NCBI GenBank assembly: GCA_965197585.1
Contig: OZ240215.1
Location: 2,759,771 to 2,823,770 of the forward strand
DNA from: Dehalococcoidia bacterium
GTDB taxonomy: Bacteria; Chloroflexota; Dehalococcoidia; Plut-88900
DNA length: 64,000 nt
Reading direction: 5' to 3'
Positions 26,121 to 34,718 of the stretch are shown piece after piece; position 1 is the stretch's first letter, and each line of letters opens with the position of its first letter. Below the pieces are notes generated by a model, which was not told where the DNA came from, made no database searches, and was given only the letters and a program-made list of their open reading frames with translations. The translations under genes and the position numbers were made by a program.

Positions 26121-26223
26121 GGAATGACAGTTCTGCAAAGGTCCCATCGAGGGAGAGGGGACAGGACCTCCCCGTCTAGCTGGGGAGGCAGGTCGTGAAA
26201 GCGTGTAAGGGAGGCACACTCAG

Positions 26224-27513
26224 TTGACTACGAGTCCATCGGAAGCCCAACCTCAGTTGACCGACTATAGGGACCGCCCACGGGTGGTGGTGACGGGCCT
26301 GGGGGCGGTGACGCCATTGGGGCGGACGGCTCAGGACTTCTGGAAGAACCTGGTGGACGGGGTGTCGGGGATAGGGCCGATGACGCTGTGCGACACCACG
26401 AACTATCCGACCAAGATTGCCGGGGAGATACCGGACTTCAACCCGCGTGAGCGGCTCGACGCACGGGACGCGCGGCGGATGTCGAGGTTCAGCCAGATAG
26501 CGGTGACGGCAGGGCTTATGGCCGTTGAGGACTCGGGGCTGAATATGGAGTCGGAGGACCCGTCGAGGCTGGGCATTGTGCTTGGCAACGGGTGCGGGGG
26601 CTTTCCAGACATCGAAGACGGGGGTCGAATAGTCGAGACCCGGGGAGGGATGCGGCTCAGCCCCTTCTTCTTCCCGATGATCCTTCCCAACATGGCCACG
26701 TCGCAGGTGAGCCGTATACTGGGTTTGAAGGGGTTCACGAACACGGTGACAACATCGTGCGCGGCGGGGACACAAGGGGTGGGAGACGCCCTGGAGGTGC
26801 TCAGGCGGGGCTCGGCGGACGTGATGGTGGCCGGAGGCACGGAGGCGGGGATCAGCCAACTGGGGCTCGGGGGATTCAGCGTGATGAGGGCACTCTCGAC
26901 CAGCAACGAGGTTCCGTCGAAGGCCAGCAGACCCTTCGACGCGAAGAGGGACGGGTTCGTGCCGGCGGAGGGCGCGGGCATCCTGATAATGGAGACGCTG
27001 GAGCACGCTCTAGGCAGGGGTGCAAACATCCTCTGCGAGGTCACGGGCTACGGGGTCTCTTCCGACGCTTTCCACATGGTGCAACCGGACGACGAAGGTT
27101 CCGGCGCGGCCCGGGCAATGAGCTGGGCCATCGAGGATGCCAACGTTAGGCCCGACGAGATCGACTACATCAACGCTCACGGAACCTCGACGCCGCTGAA
27201 CGACTCGGTGGAGACACGTGCGATCAAGAATGTGTTTGGGGAAGCGGCGTACAAGGTGGCGATAAGCTCTACGAAGTCGATGATCGGGCATGCGCTGGGC
27301 GGGGCGGGGGGAATGGAGTCGGTGGCGTGTGTGATGACGATAGTGGACGGGGTGATGCACCCGACGATCAACTACGAGTACCCAGACCCCGAGTGCGACC
27401 TGGACTACGTCCCCAACGAGGCGCGTCGGCAGACGGTGGGGAAGGTGCTGTCGAACAGCTTCGGGTTTGGGGGGCAGAATGCGTGTCTGGTGTTTGAGAG
27501 GTACGAGGGGTAA
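26224..27513 (+). CDS. fabF: 3-oxoacyl-ACP synthase II
   Basis: It has VVVTGLGAVTPLG, the active-site Cys in TTSCAAGTQ, INAHGTSTPLND, and KSMIGHALGGAGG...SFGFGGQNA. Confidence 0.9.
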   Translation: MTTSPSEAQPQLTDYRDRPRVVVTGLGAVTPLGRTAQDFWKNLVDGVSGIGPMTLCDTTNYPTKIAGEIPDFNPRERLDARDARRMSRFSQIAVTAGLMAVEDSGLNMESEDPSRLGIVLGNGCGGFPDIEDGGRIVETRGGMRLSPFFFPMILPNMATSQVSRILGLKGFTNTVTTSCAAGTQGVGDALEVLRRGSADVMVAGGTEAGISQLGLGGFSVMRALSTSNEVPSKASRPFDAKRDGFVPAEGAGILIMETLEHALGRGANILCEVTGYGVSSDAFHMVQPDDEGSGAARAMSWAIEDANVRPDEIDYINAHGTSTPLNDSVETRAIKNVFGEAAYKVAISSTKSMIGHALGGAGGMESVACVMTIVDGVMHPTINYEYPDPECDLDYVPNEARRQTVGKVLSNSFGFGGQNACLVFERYEG

Positions 27514-27530
27514 GACACCCTTGCCTCCCC

Positions 27531-27567
27531 CCCGCTCATACTTCGAGAGCCTCAGCACGAGCGGCCC
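27531..27567. repeat. Repeat family E (CGCTCATACTTCGAGAGCCTCAGCACGAGCGGCCC)
   Basis: The same core occurs at 31458, 37713, 41921, 53181, 53321 and 58638. Diverged relatives lie at 2724-2810, 4925-4975, 9100-9150 and 27670-27760. Confidence 0.8.
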
Positions 27568-27580
27568 CTGCACCCCGCTA

Positions 27581-27650
27581 TTTCACCCTCACTCTCCTCA
27601 GCGAGCCTACGGCCCTAGCCCTCTCACGCCTCGGCGCATCTACGACCCAT
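27581..27650. repeat. 70-bp repeat, identical to 24890-24959
   Basis: See 24890-24959. This copy lies just 3' of fabF and continues into CGAGGGAGAGGGGATTGGACC. Confidence 0.85.
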
Positions 27651-27852
27651 CGAGGGAGAGGGGATTGGACCCCGCCCATTCCGCTCTTGAGACCCCCTTC
27701 GAGAGCCTCAGGACAGGCTTCGACTAAGCTCACGCCACGGCGTATCTTCGACAGGGCGAGCGGAATACACCACCCCTTCCGTCTAAATCAATGGCAATGG
27801 CCCAAGCGTGACGCGCTTGGGCCATTTGCGTGTCGGGGGGAAGGGCGAGCGG

Positions 27853-28101
27853 TTAGCTCTTAACGTATTCGACGCGGGGGAGCATGGGGTCGAACATGCG
27901 CTCGAGGGCCATGGTGTGGCTGCACATATTCCAGGAGGTGAAAAAGCCGCAGTCGCATCGGAGGATGCCGTCGTCATAGGTGACGTTGTGGCGCTGGTGG
28001 GCGCCTCGGAAGCTAAGGCTGAAGTTGTTGAACTGCACTCTGTCGGGCTCTTCAGCGTAGGCCTTGGCCTTCTGTATCTTACCTATGAGACTTGACTGCA
28101 T
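27853..28101 (-). CDS. Small SWIM-type zinc-finger protein
   Basis: 82 aa. CDCGFFTSWNMCSHTMAL fits the SWIM pattern CxCx(n)CxH. Confidence 0.5.
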   Translation of the reverse strand: MQSSLIGKIQKAKAYAEEPDRVQFNNFSLSFRGAHQRHNVTYDDGILRCDCGFFTSWNMCSHTMALERMFDPMLPRVEYVKS

Positions 28102-28297
28102 GTGCTCTCCTCACTGGTTCACTCTCCTGCGGACTCCCAAGGAATCTTGCGCCGGGCCCCGGGGGCCTAATTGATTTTACATATATCGTGTCTCGGAGGT
28201 CAACGAGAGGGGGTAAGAGAGTAGACTACAGAAGTACTCTCCCTATGTCATTTACAATAACTGCATGCTCAAATTTAACCTTTAGGAAGGCATTCCA

Positions 28298-28765
28298 ATG
28301 GAAATTAGTGATCTGTCTCAGAGCTTTCAATCCATAGTCGGAGGGCTTCAAGCTCTGACTTCTTTGACACGGAAGGCGGAGCAACAAGGGGTAAGTGACG
28401 AATTCACGAAGGAATTGAATTCGACCATCATCAATATGCAGACTGCTGTAATGGATGCGCAATCAATGACCCTAGAAGCCCAAGGCGAGCAGTCCCGTCT
28501 CATCGCGCGTGTAACGGAGCTAGAGGAAGAGTTGAAACAAAAGGTCAATTGGGAAGGAGAGAAGGCCCGATACAAGTTGACAATGTGGGGCGGCAACCAT
28601 GTGTATCAGTTACGAGAAGACTTGAATCAAGATTCCGAACCGACACATTTCTTATGTCCAACTTGCTATGAAAATGGCGTCAAGTCTATCCTGCAGGCGT
28701 ACTATTGGGACAATAGGCCTCATACCCGTTGCCTGAGGTGTGCCCAGGACTTTCTTGCATCATAG
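28298..28765 (+). CDS. Hypothetical protein: coiled-coil N-terminus and C-terminal CxxC...CxxC zinc ribbon
   Basis: The gene lies in an AT-richer segment with AGGAAGG upstream of the ATG. The zinc ribbon is CPTCYENG...CLRCAQ. I recognise no family. Confidence 0.4.
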   Translation: MEISDLSQSFQSIVGGLQALTSLTRKAEQQGVSDEFTKELNSTIINMQTAVMDAQSMTLEAQGEQSRLIARVTELEEELKQKVNWEGEKARYKLTMWGGNHVYQLREDLNQDSEPTHFLCPTCYENGVKSILQAYYWDNRPHTRCLRCAQDFLAS

Positions 28766-29048
28766 AGCACCGCGAAATTATCCGTTTCCGCAAAATTAAA
28801 TGTCGTTGGCCTTATGCGCCTAACCTTCGTGCGTGAATACCCGCCTTTCCGGTAATACACCCCTCCAGCCATATTCATAAACTCGTCTGGGTGAGAAAAC
28901 GCTATTAACTCCCGAGCCCGCTCCCTGATCGACATCCAAAGAAGCTGCACCACGTGAGCGAGCACTTGGCGGTTGTTTTGCGGCTGGTTGATATAGAGGT
29001 GATAGACTGGTCGCCTAAGGGTGGCAGGGGACGAATAAAAGGTGTGTG

Positions 29049-29270
29049 ATGATTCGGATAACGACTCGGGTCACGGACTCAGTAGCCAAGGCTCTGGGTG
29101 AGGCAGCGTCGCGGCAGGGGAGGAGCCGGGCGGACTTGGTGCGCTGAATAATCGGGCAATACTTGGAAGATTGCGACGACCTCTCGACGGCATTGCAGAG
29201 GTTGCAGGACCCGTTGGACCCGGTAGAGGACTGGGAGGAGGTCAGGCGTACCCTTCTCCATTCGAATTGA
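29049..29270 (+). pseudogene. Ribbon-helix-helix antitoxin (RelB/ParD/CopG-like) interrupted by an in-frame TGA
   Basis: The reading is MIRITTRVTDSVAKALGEAASRQGRSRADLVR-TGA(29145-29147)-IIGQYLEDCDDLSTALQRLQDPLDPVEDWEEVRRTL. It is continuous in one frame apart from the stop. Confidence 0.55.
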
Positions 29271-29337
29271 GTGCAGTGCGGCGAAGGAACTGGATTCGGT
29301 TAGCAAGGAGAAGCGGAACCGGCTGGTGGTAGGCTAG
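29257..29337 (+). pseudogene. RelE/ParE-type toxin N-terminal remnant
   Basis: The frame reads SIRIECSAAKELDSVSKEKRNRLVVG-stop, which resembles the Y.I.....A.KEL..L.K... toxin N-terminus. It has no start codon and is truncated after about 26 codons. Confidence 0.35.
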
Positions 29338-29592
29338 GTGAATACAACGCGTTATTTTGATGAGCAAGTGCGCCGCAAGCGGCCCTATATTGAATTGTCG
29401 TGGTGTGCCCAAATCGTCGCCTCGCCGATCCATAGGGAAAAGCAGGAAGACGGACGCATACGTTTTTGGGGAGAGGTAAAATTACCGGACGAAACTAGTC
29501 CCCGTTATTTGCGCGTGATAACGCTAGAAGATGGACAGACTATCCACAACGCTTTCTTCGATAGGCGTTTTCGTAAGGAGGGGCGACTATGA
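29338..29592 (+). CDS. Small toxin-like protein paired with a DUF2283 gene (family not confidently identified)
   Basis: 84 aa with a GTG start. Its stop overlaps the next start (ATGA), giving a TA-like two-gene architecture. Confidence 0.45.
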   Translation: MNTTRYFDEQVRRKRPYIELSWCAQIVASPIHREKQEDGRIRFWGEVKLPDETSPRYLRVITLEDGQTIHNAFFDRRFRKEGRL

Positions 29593-29804
29593 AGCTTCAT
29601 TACTACCCGGAGACGGATAGCCTATACGTGGAGTTCAAGGTAGGGCCGGGGACGGAGACGGTGGAGGTAACGGAAGGGTTGAACGTGGACCTGGATGAGG
29701 AAGGTGTGGTGGTGGGGTTCGACATAGATCATGCGTCCCGGCGCCTAGACCTGTCTACTCTGGAAACCACGGCGCTGCCGCTTCACAGCATGAAGGCCGG
29801 CTGA
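29589..29804 (+). CDS. DUF2283-domain protein (putative antitoxin-like partner)
   Basis: MKLHYYPETDSLYVEFKVG...EGVVVGFDIDHAS is the typical DUF2283 pattern. Confidence 0.65.
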   Translation: MKLHYYPETDSLYVEFKVGPGTETVEVTEGLNVDLDEEGVVVGFDIDHASRRLDLSTLETTALPLHSMKAG

Positions 29805-29912
29805 TTGCGTCGGGGGTGGCGGCCCCTCACCGGGAATGGGTCAAACCGCAGCCAAAGTCGGACTTTCAGCACGACGCATTTGCGGCTGGCTCGGGATCCG
29901 GAATGCCGCGGA

Positions 29913-31388
29913 TTAAGGGTAAAACAACCCTTCCGCGGCCTTCGTCAGCTCCGCCCGGAAATCCGGATGGGCAATCGAGATTAGCTCCCTAGCGCGTTCG
30001 CGGTTGGACTTGCCGAGGAGTTGGGCGACGCCGTACTCGGTGATGATGGTGTCGGCGAAGGTGCGGGGGACGCTGACAATGGTGCCTTCCTCGTGCTGGG
30101 GCACGATTCTCGATGCTATGCCGCCCAGGGCCGTAGACCTGAGCAGGGTGATGCCTCGGCCACCCCTGGACATCACCGCTCCCATCTGGAAGTCGAACTG
30201 ACCGCCGGTGCCGCTCATCAGGCGACCCCCGAAGACGGTCTCGGCGTTGATCTGGCCGGTAAGGTCGACGGAAAGAGCGTTGTTTATGGAGACCATATTG
30301 TCATTGAGGGCGGCGGTTGTGGCTTTAGCGACGTAGTCGACGTCAAGCTGCTCGATGAGGGGGTTTTCGTGGGCGTAGTCGAGCTCCTTGTAGGTGGACC
30401 CGAGCAGCGCCCCGAATATGGCCTTGTCCTTGTGCAGAGTTTTGCGGGCCCCGGTGATCACACCCCGTCTGATGAGGTCGATTACTCCGGGGATTCCCAT
30501 TTCGGAGTGCCAGCCCAGGTCTTTCTTGTCGTCGAAGGCGCCGACGGTGGCGAGGAAGCGGCTCGGGGTTCCAGTGCCGATCTGCAGGGTAGCGCCATCT
30601 TTCACGAGCTCCGAAACGTAGCCGGCGATTGTCTTGGCGTCCTCCGAGGGCTCGATCCAGCACTGGTAGGCCGCAAATCGCTGGATCTGCTTCACGCCTC
30701 TCGACACCAGGTGAGGGAGATGTTCGGAGCGGTCTCGTGGGTCCATATTGGGGACGAACTCGTCCAGGAGTGCATGCACTTCTTTGTCTTCCACCGAGGC
30801 CAGCAAGTCCGAAGCCTGGGCGTCGGACAGCTGGACGGCTGTGTGCTCCACGAACTTGTCTATTTCCGAGACGTGGACGTAGTTGTGCCCGTAGGTCCGT
30901 ATCTGCGAACTATCTACCTGGGCAATGACCTTCTTGGACCGTCGGACGAAGCCCCGCTTGTTCCAGAGGTGCCCGCCGAAGCTGCAGTAACCGTTGGCGT
31001 CGGGGGGCGATGTGACGACCATGAACACGTCCATTGGAGGCACGTCGCCGAAGTCGGTCGAATAGCGCTGGAACTGGGTGGAGAAGATCATGGGGATGTA
31101 GTCGACGATGCGTCGGTCGAGGGCCGAGCGGCCCATCTCCCCGAGGATCTGCTCGATGGTCACGACGAAAGAGTCGCTCCAGCTTGGGTCGAACCAACCG
31201 GGGTCCTCGATTGGAGCATCGCAGGTTATCTTGATGTCTTTGAGTTCATCGCGGCGCGCGGCAAGGGCGTGGATGAGGGAGTCGGGGTGGGGGTAGATGG
31301 GGATATAGACCCGGTCGCGGGAGTCGACGAGTTGGACGGCCTCCTCGGGGGAGACGAGGTTGCGGTTATAGTGGTCTTGCCAGGTCAC
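29913..31388 (-). CDS. Acetyl-CoA hydrolase/transferase family protein (4-hydroxybutyrate CoA-transferase-like)
   Basis: 491 aa with a GTG start. It contains SGTGGQFDFQMGA and the C-terminal RERARELISIAHPDFRAEL. Confidence 0.8.
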   Translation of the reverse strand: MTWQDHYNRNLVSPEEAVQLVDSRDRVYIPIYPHPDSLIHALAARRDELKDIKITCDAPIEDPGWFDPSWSDSFVVTIEQILGEMGRSALDRRIVDYIPMIFSTQFQRYSTDFGDVPPMDVFMVVTSPPDANGYCSFGGHLWNKRGFVRRSKKVIAQVDSSQIRTYGHNYVHVSEIDKFVEHTAVQLSDAQASDLLASVEDKEVHALLDEFVPNMDPRDRSEHLPHLVSRGVKQIQRFAAYQCWIEPSEDAKTIAGYVSELVKDGATLQIGTGTPSRFLATVGAFDDKKDLGWHSEMGIPGVIDLIRRGVITGARKTLHKDKAIFGALLGSTYKELDYAHENPLIEQLDVDYVAKATTAALNDNMVSINNALSVDLTGQINAETVFGGRLMSGTGGQFDFQMGAVMSRGGRGITLLRSTALGGIASRIVPQHEEGTIVSVPRTFADTIITEYGVAQLLGKSNRERARELISIAHPDFRAELTKAAEGLFYP

Positions 31389-31457
31389 GGCTGGTTGACT
31401 TTCTTGGTGCGCCGTTTAGCTAGTCCTGTCGCATTGAGGGAGAGGGGATAGGACCCC

Positions 31458-31493
31458 CCGCTCATACTTCGAGTGCCTCAGCACGAGCGGCCC
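31458..31493. repeat. Repeat family E
   Basis: CCGCTCATACTTCGAGTGCCTCAGCACGAGCGGCCC. Confidence 0.8.
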
Positions 31494-31566
31494 AAGCCCC
31501 ACCATGAGAAGTTAGGCAAAGGTTACGCCTCGGCGCATCTGCGACTCATTGAGCAAGGAGGGGATG

Positions 31567-32205
31567 CTAGTAGCGGACTCGGCCGGGGAAGGTTAGGTTC
31601 CAGTAGGTGGCAGTGGGCTTTACCTCGAAGAGGTGCCAGAAGTTCTTGATGTTGTTGGGGTAGACTTCCCGCTCGAAGCGCTCCCAGTCTTCCTTGGAGT
31701 CCCAGCCCGTGACTTGGGAACCGACCCTATCCTCCTCGGTCGAAAGGAGGACGCATACGAAGCGGTTCCCGGGGGCTGCGATCAGTGGAGCCATGACCTC
31801 TTCCCTGTAGTGCCCGGCCACCGTTTCCACCTGCCCCTCGTGGAGCTTGAAGCGGCTGGTCCTGACGTACATAGGCGAGGGGTTGGCGAGGGAGTTTTCG
31901 TTGATCTGGATGGTGCCGGGCCACCTGGTCTCCCAGTAGTTCACCTGAAAAGGCCCATCGAAGCCGCCCTTCCAGCGGGCATAGAGGGCTGGCCGAACCA
32001 CGCTCTCGAAGTGGTCGCAGTCTTCCTTGGATTCCCAAGCGCTGACGAAGAGCCCGTTCTGTTCATCGTCGGGCGAGGTCATTACGGCGAAGAGTCGGTT
32101 GCCGGGGGCCGCTGTAATGGGGCCCATCATCTGTTCGCGGATGCCGGATTTTAGGTCGGCGAGGCCCTCGGGGGTCAGGCGGTACCTGCTGGTGCGTACG
32201 TACAT
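31567..32205 (-). CDS. Two-domain protein of duplicated ABM/ferredoxin-like (Dabb) modules
   Basis: The two halves are clearly homologous: MYVRTSRYRL...APGNRLF...SAWESKEDCDHFE and MYVRTSRFKL...APGNRFV...TGWDSKEDWERFE. Confidence 0.6.
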   Translation of the reverse strand: MYVRTSRYRLTPEGLADLKSGIREQMMGPITAAPGNRLFAVMTSPDDEQNGLFVSAWESKEDCDHFESVVRPALYARWKGGFDGPFQVNYWETRWPGTIQINENSLANPSPMYVRTSRFKLHEGQVETVAGHYREEVMAPLIAAPGNRFVCVLLSTEEDRVGSQVTGWDSKEDWERFEREVYPNNIKNFWHLFEVKPTATYWNLTFPGRVRY

Positions 32206-32227
32206 AGCTTTCCGTCCAGTCTTTCGA

Positions 32228-32863
32228 TTAGAAGTTGGCGATCACGGGAAACTTGATGGTCCAGAAGGTGGCTACAGGCGGCTCCTCGAAGACGTGCTTT
32301 ACCTTTCCGAAGACCTTCGGGAACACGTTGTTCAAGTAGTTGTCGCAGGCCTCCTTGGAGTCCCATCCCGTGACCTGGGACCCGACCCTCGCCTCATCCG
32401 CGGAGTGGAGCACGAAGAGGAAGCGGTTGCCCGGCTGTGTCATCACGGGCTTGATGACCTCCTCATCGAAGTTGTCGTGCACATGGGTGACGCCCTCGGG
32501 CTTGAACTTGAAGCGGCTGGTGCGGACGTAGCAATTCGGGCCTGCGGCTTGCAGGGGGTTGAAGACCAGTTTGCCGGGCCAGTTGATCTCCCAGAAGACC
32601 GGGACAGGGGGCTCGTCGAAGACCCACTTCCACTCTTCCCAGACTGCTGGGTAGACCTCGTTGAGGTAACGGTCGCAGGCTTCTCTGGAGTCCCAGCCGG
32701 ACACCTGACGAACCTCGAGAGGGTTGTCGGCGTTCATGAGGACGGCGCAGAAGCGGCCGCCGGGGCTGTCGAGTATCGGACCGGCCACGTTGGTCTGATA
32801 GCCCTTCTCGACGGAGGGAATGGACTCCGCCTTAAGTAAGGCCCGTCTATCCATAACGAACAT
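32228..32863 (-). CDS. Paralogous two-domain ABM/ferredoxin-like protein
   Basis: It has the same two-module layout (SGWDSREACDRYL and CYVRTSRFKF...TGWDSKEACDNYL) and lies in tandem with 31567..32205. Confidence 0.6.
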   Translation of the reverse strand: MFVMDRRALLKAESIPSVEKGYQTNVAGPILDSPGGRFCAVLMNADNPLEVRQVSGWDSREACDRYLNEVYPAVWEEWKWVFDEPPVPVFWEINWPGKLVFNPLQAAGPNCYVRTSRFKFKPEGVTHVHDNFDEEVIKPVMTQPGNRFLFVLHSADEARVGSQVTGWDSKEACDNYLNNVFPKVFGKVKHVFEEPPVATFWTIKFPVIANF

Positions 32864-32909
32864 AATAAGCTCCCTGGTGCCTGAGTCTCGGGATTAGAAT
32901 GGCGGGGTT

Positions 32910-32918
32910 ATTGTAGCA
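32910..32918 (-). promoter_or_regulatory. Extended -10 promoter element (TGcTACAAT) upstream of the ABM-like gene pair
   Basis: The reverse strand reads CGTGCTACAAT about 45 nt before ATG 32863. The same CGTGCTA(G/C)AAT element lies upstream of metG. Confidence 0.4.
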
Positions 32919-32928
32919 CGGGCTCCGG

Positions 32929-34593
32929 TTAGCCGGGCCCCGCCTCCGGGGCCGCTTCCTTAGTGACTTGGTGCCTCTTACGCAGCGGTATCTCCTTCAG
33001 GCCAACCAGGACCACTGCCCCAAGAACCGCAAACACGGACGCCACGATGAACACTTCCTGGATGGACGACGCCAGGCTCTCTCTCATGGCCTCCACGACC
33101 GACTCTAAGACCGCACTCTCTCCGAGACCCTCCAGCCGCTCCTCCAGCATGGCGCGGGCCTCAGGGCTGATGAGGGCGTTGGGGTCACCGAGGTCTTCGG
33201 TCAGCGCTGTGCCCATCAGCTCACGGGTCTCGGGGGAGAGGTTGGCGGCGAGGTGGGTCGAGAGCCGGGAGGCCAGCAGCGAGCCCATCACGGCCACGCC
33301 CAGCGAACCGCCAATGCTCCTGAAGAACTGCACGAAGGCGGTGACCAGCCCCATGAGCCCGTAGGGAAACGCATTTTGCACCACTATGGTGAACAGTGGG
33401 AAGGTTATGCCCAGTCCCGCACCCACTATCACCATGTTTCTGGCCATCACGCCGCTGGACGTCGTGCTGTCCATAGTTGCCAGCAGAATCACCCCTGTCG
33501 TCATCACGCCCATGCCGAGCAGGGCGAGGTATCTATAGCGGCTCCAACGGGACAGGGCCAGCCCTGCCAAGGTGCTGCTGACAACCGCGCCGAGCATCAT
33601 AGGTGTCAGGACCAGCCCGGAGTTGGTTGCGGAGTCACCGAGTACACCCTGCCCGAAGAGGGGGACGAATATGATGATCCCGAACATGGTCATCCCGCTG
33701 AAGAACGTTGACACGGCGACCACGGTGAATATCCGGTTCTTAAAGAGCGAGAGGGGCAGGAGGGGTTCCGGGGCGCGGGTCTCGATTAAGAGGAACATCA
33801 GCAGCATCGCGGCTCCAAAAACCAATGGCACAACGACCTGGGGCGAGCCCCACGGGTATTGTTGCCCGGCCAGAGAGACGCCCAGCATCAACGGGAGCAG
33901 ACCGCCGATCAGTGCGGCGGCGCCCCAGTAGTCGACCTTCTGGTTTAGACCTGTCCGGGACATCGATGGCATGGCGGCGATGAGGGCAATTAGCGCTACG
34001 CCTCCTACCGGCAAGTTAATGTAGAAGATCCAACGCCAGCTGAGGGTGTCGGTGAGGTAACCGCCGACGAGGGGGCCGACGATGCTGGCTATTCCGAAGA
34101 CGGCGCCGATCAACCCTTGCCACTTTCCTCGCTCGGCGGGAGGGAAGATGTCGCCGATGACGGTGAAGGTGTTGGACATCAAGACGGCCGCCCCGGCCCC
34201 CTGCACCCCCCGGAAGATGATGAGCTGCAGCATATTCTGGGATACGCCAGCCAAGGCCGAGCCCAGCAGGAACACCGCTATCCCGATAATGAACAGCAGC
34301 CTTCGCCCGTAGATATCCGACATCCGGCCCACGACCGGCACCAGGGAAGTCGACATTACGAGGTACGCCACCACTACCCACGATATCTGGCTAATGCCTC
34401 CAAGGTCTGTGACGATACGCGGCAGGGCCGTCGCCACGATGGTCATGTCGAGGGCCGCGAGGAAAAGGCACATCATCGTGCCGAGGAGGATGAAGACGAT
34501 GCGGGTTCTACTGAGTCTTCCGGCAGAGGCCAAGGCCGACGTCGCGTCTGACTGCTCGGTGGGTCCAGTCTTTTGCGCGTCCGACTTGTTCAT
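32929..34593 (-). CDS. MFS transporter, DHA2 (14-TMS, EmrB/QacA-like)
   Basis: It contains [24 protein letters not shown] and LPVGG, with about 14 hydrophobic segments. I chose the start MNKSDAQ. The 600-aa track ORF adds 46 unlikely residues that overlap the divergent gene. Confidence 0.8.
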   Translation of the reverse strand: MNKSDAQKTGPTEQSDATSALASAGRLSRTRIVFILLGTMMCLFLAALDMTIVATALPRIVTDLGGISQISWVVVAYLVMSTSLVPVVGRMSDIYGRRLLFIIGIAVFLLGSALAGVSQNMLQLIIFRGVQGAGAAVLMSNTFTVIGDIFPPAERGKWQGLIGAVFGIASIVGPLVGGYLTDTLSWRWIFYINLPVGGVALIALIAAMPSMSRTGLNQKVDYWGAAALIGGLLPLMLGVSLAGQQYPWGSPQVVVPLVFGAAMLLMFLLIETRAPEPLLPLSLFKNRIFTVVAVSTFFSGMTMFGIIIFVPLFGQGVLGDSATNSGLVLTPMMLGAVVSSTLAGLALSRWSRYRYLALLGMGVMTTGVILLATMDSTTSSGVMARNMVIVGAGLGITFPLFTIVVQNAFPYGLMGLVTAFVQFFRSIGGSLGVAVMGSLLASRLSTHLAANLSPETRELMGTALTEDLGDPNALISPEARAMLEERLEGLGESAVLESVVEAMRESLASSIQEVFIVASVFAVLGAVVLVGLKEIPLRKRHQVTKEAAPEAGPG

Positions 34594-34718
34594 ATCTCTC
34601 CGGCTGCTGAAGCGAGTAGGGGCCACAGCGATGCTACGACGCCGAGGTCGGCAAGTCAAAAGCGCAATTGCCGGTGCTATCATGCACACACATTTCGCCA
34701 TCTCGAAAAGCCGCTTAC

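Noticed and set aside
27514-27780. CRISPR-like appearance of clustered repeats in several spacers
   Set aside because: The repeats belong to different families, spacing is irregular and there is no repeat-spacer periodicity. No cas genes are present in the window.
28720-28965. 81-aa reverse-strand ORF whose segment RERARELIAFSHPDEF resembles the C-terminus of the CoA-transferase (RERARELISIAHPDF)
   Set aside because: The resemblance covers only about 15 residues, the ORF overlaps the 3' end of 28298..28765, and it has no RBS. It may be a tiny gene remnant, but that cannot be supported without alignment statistics.
29145-29147. In-frame TGA in the RHH antitoxin as selenocysteine or programmed read-through
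   Set aside because: No SECIS-like hairpin lies immediately downstream. The partner toxin is also truncated, so decay is the simpler explanation.
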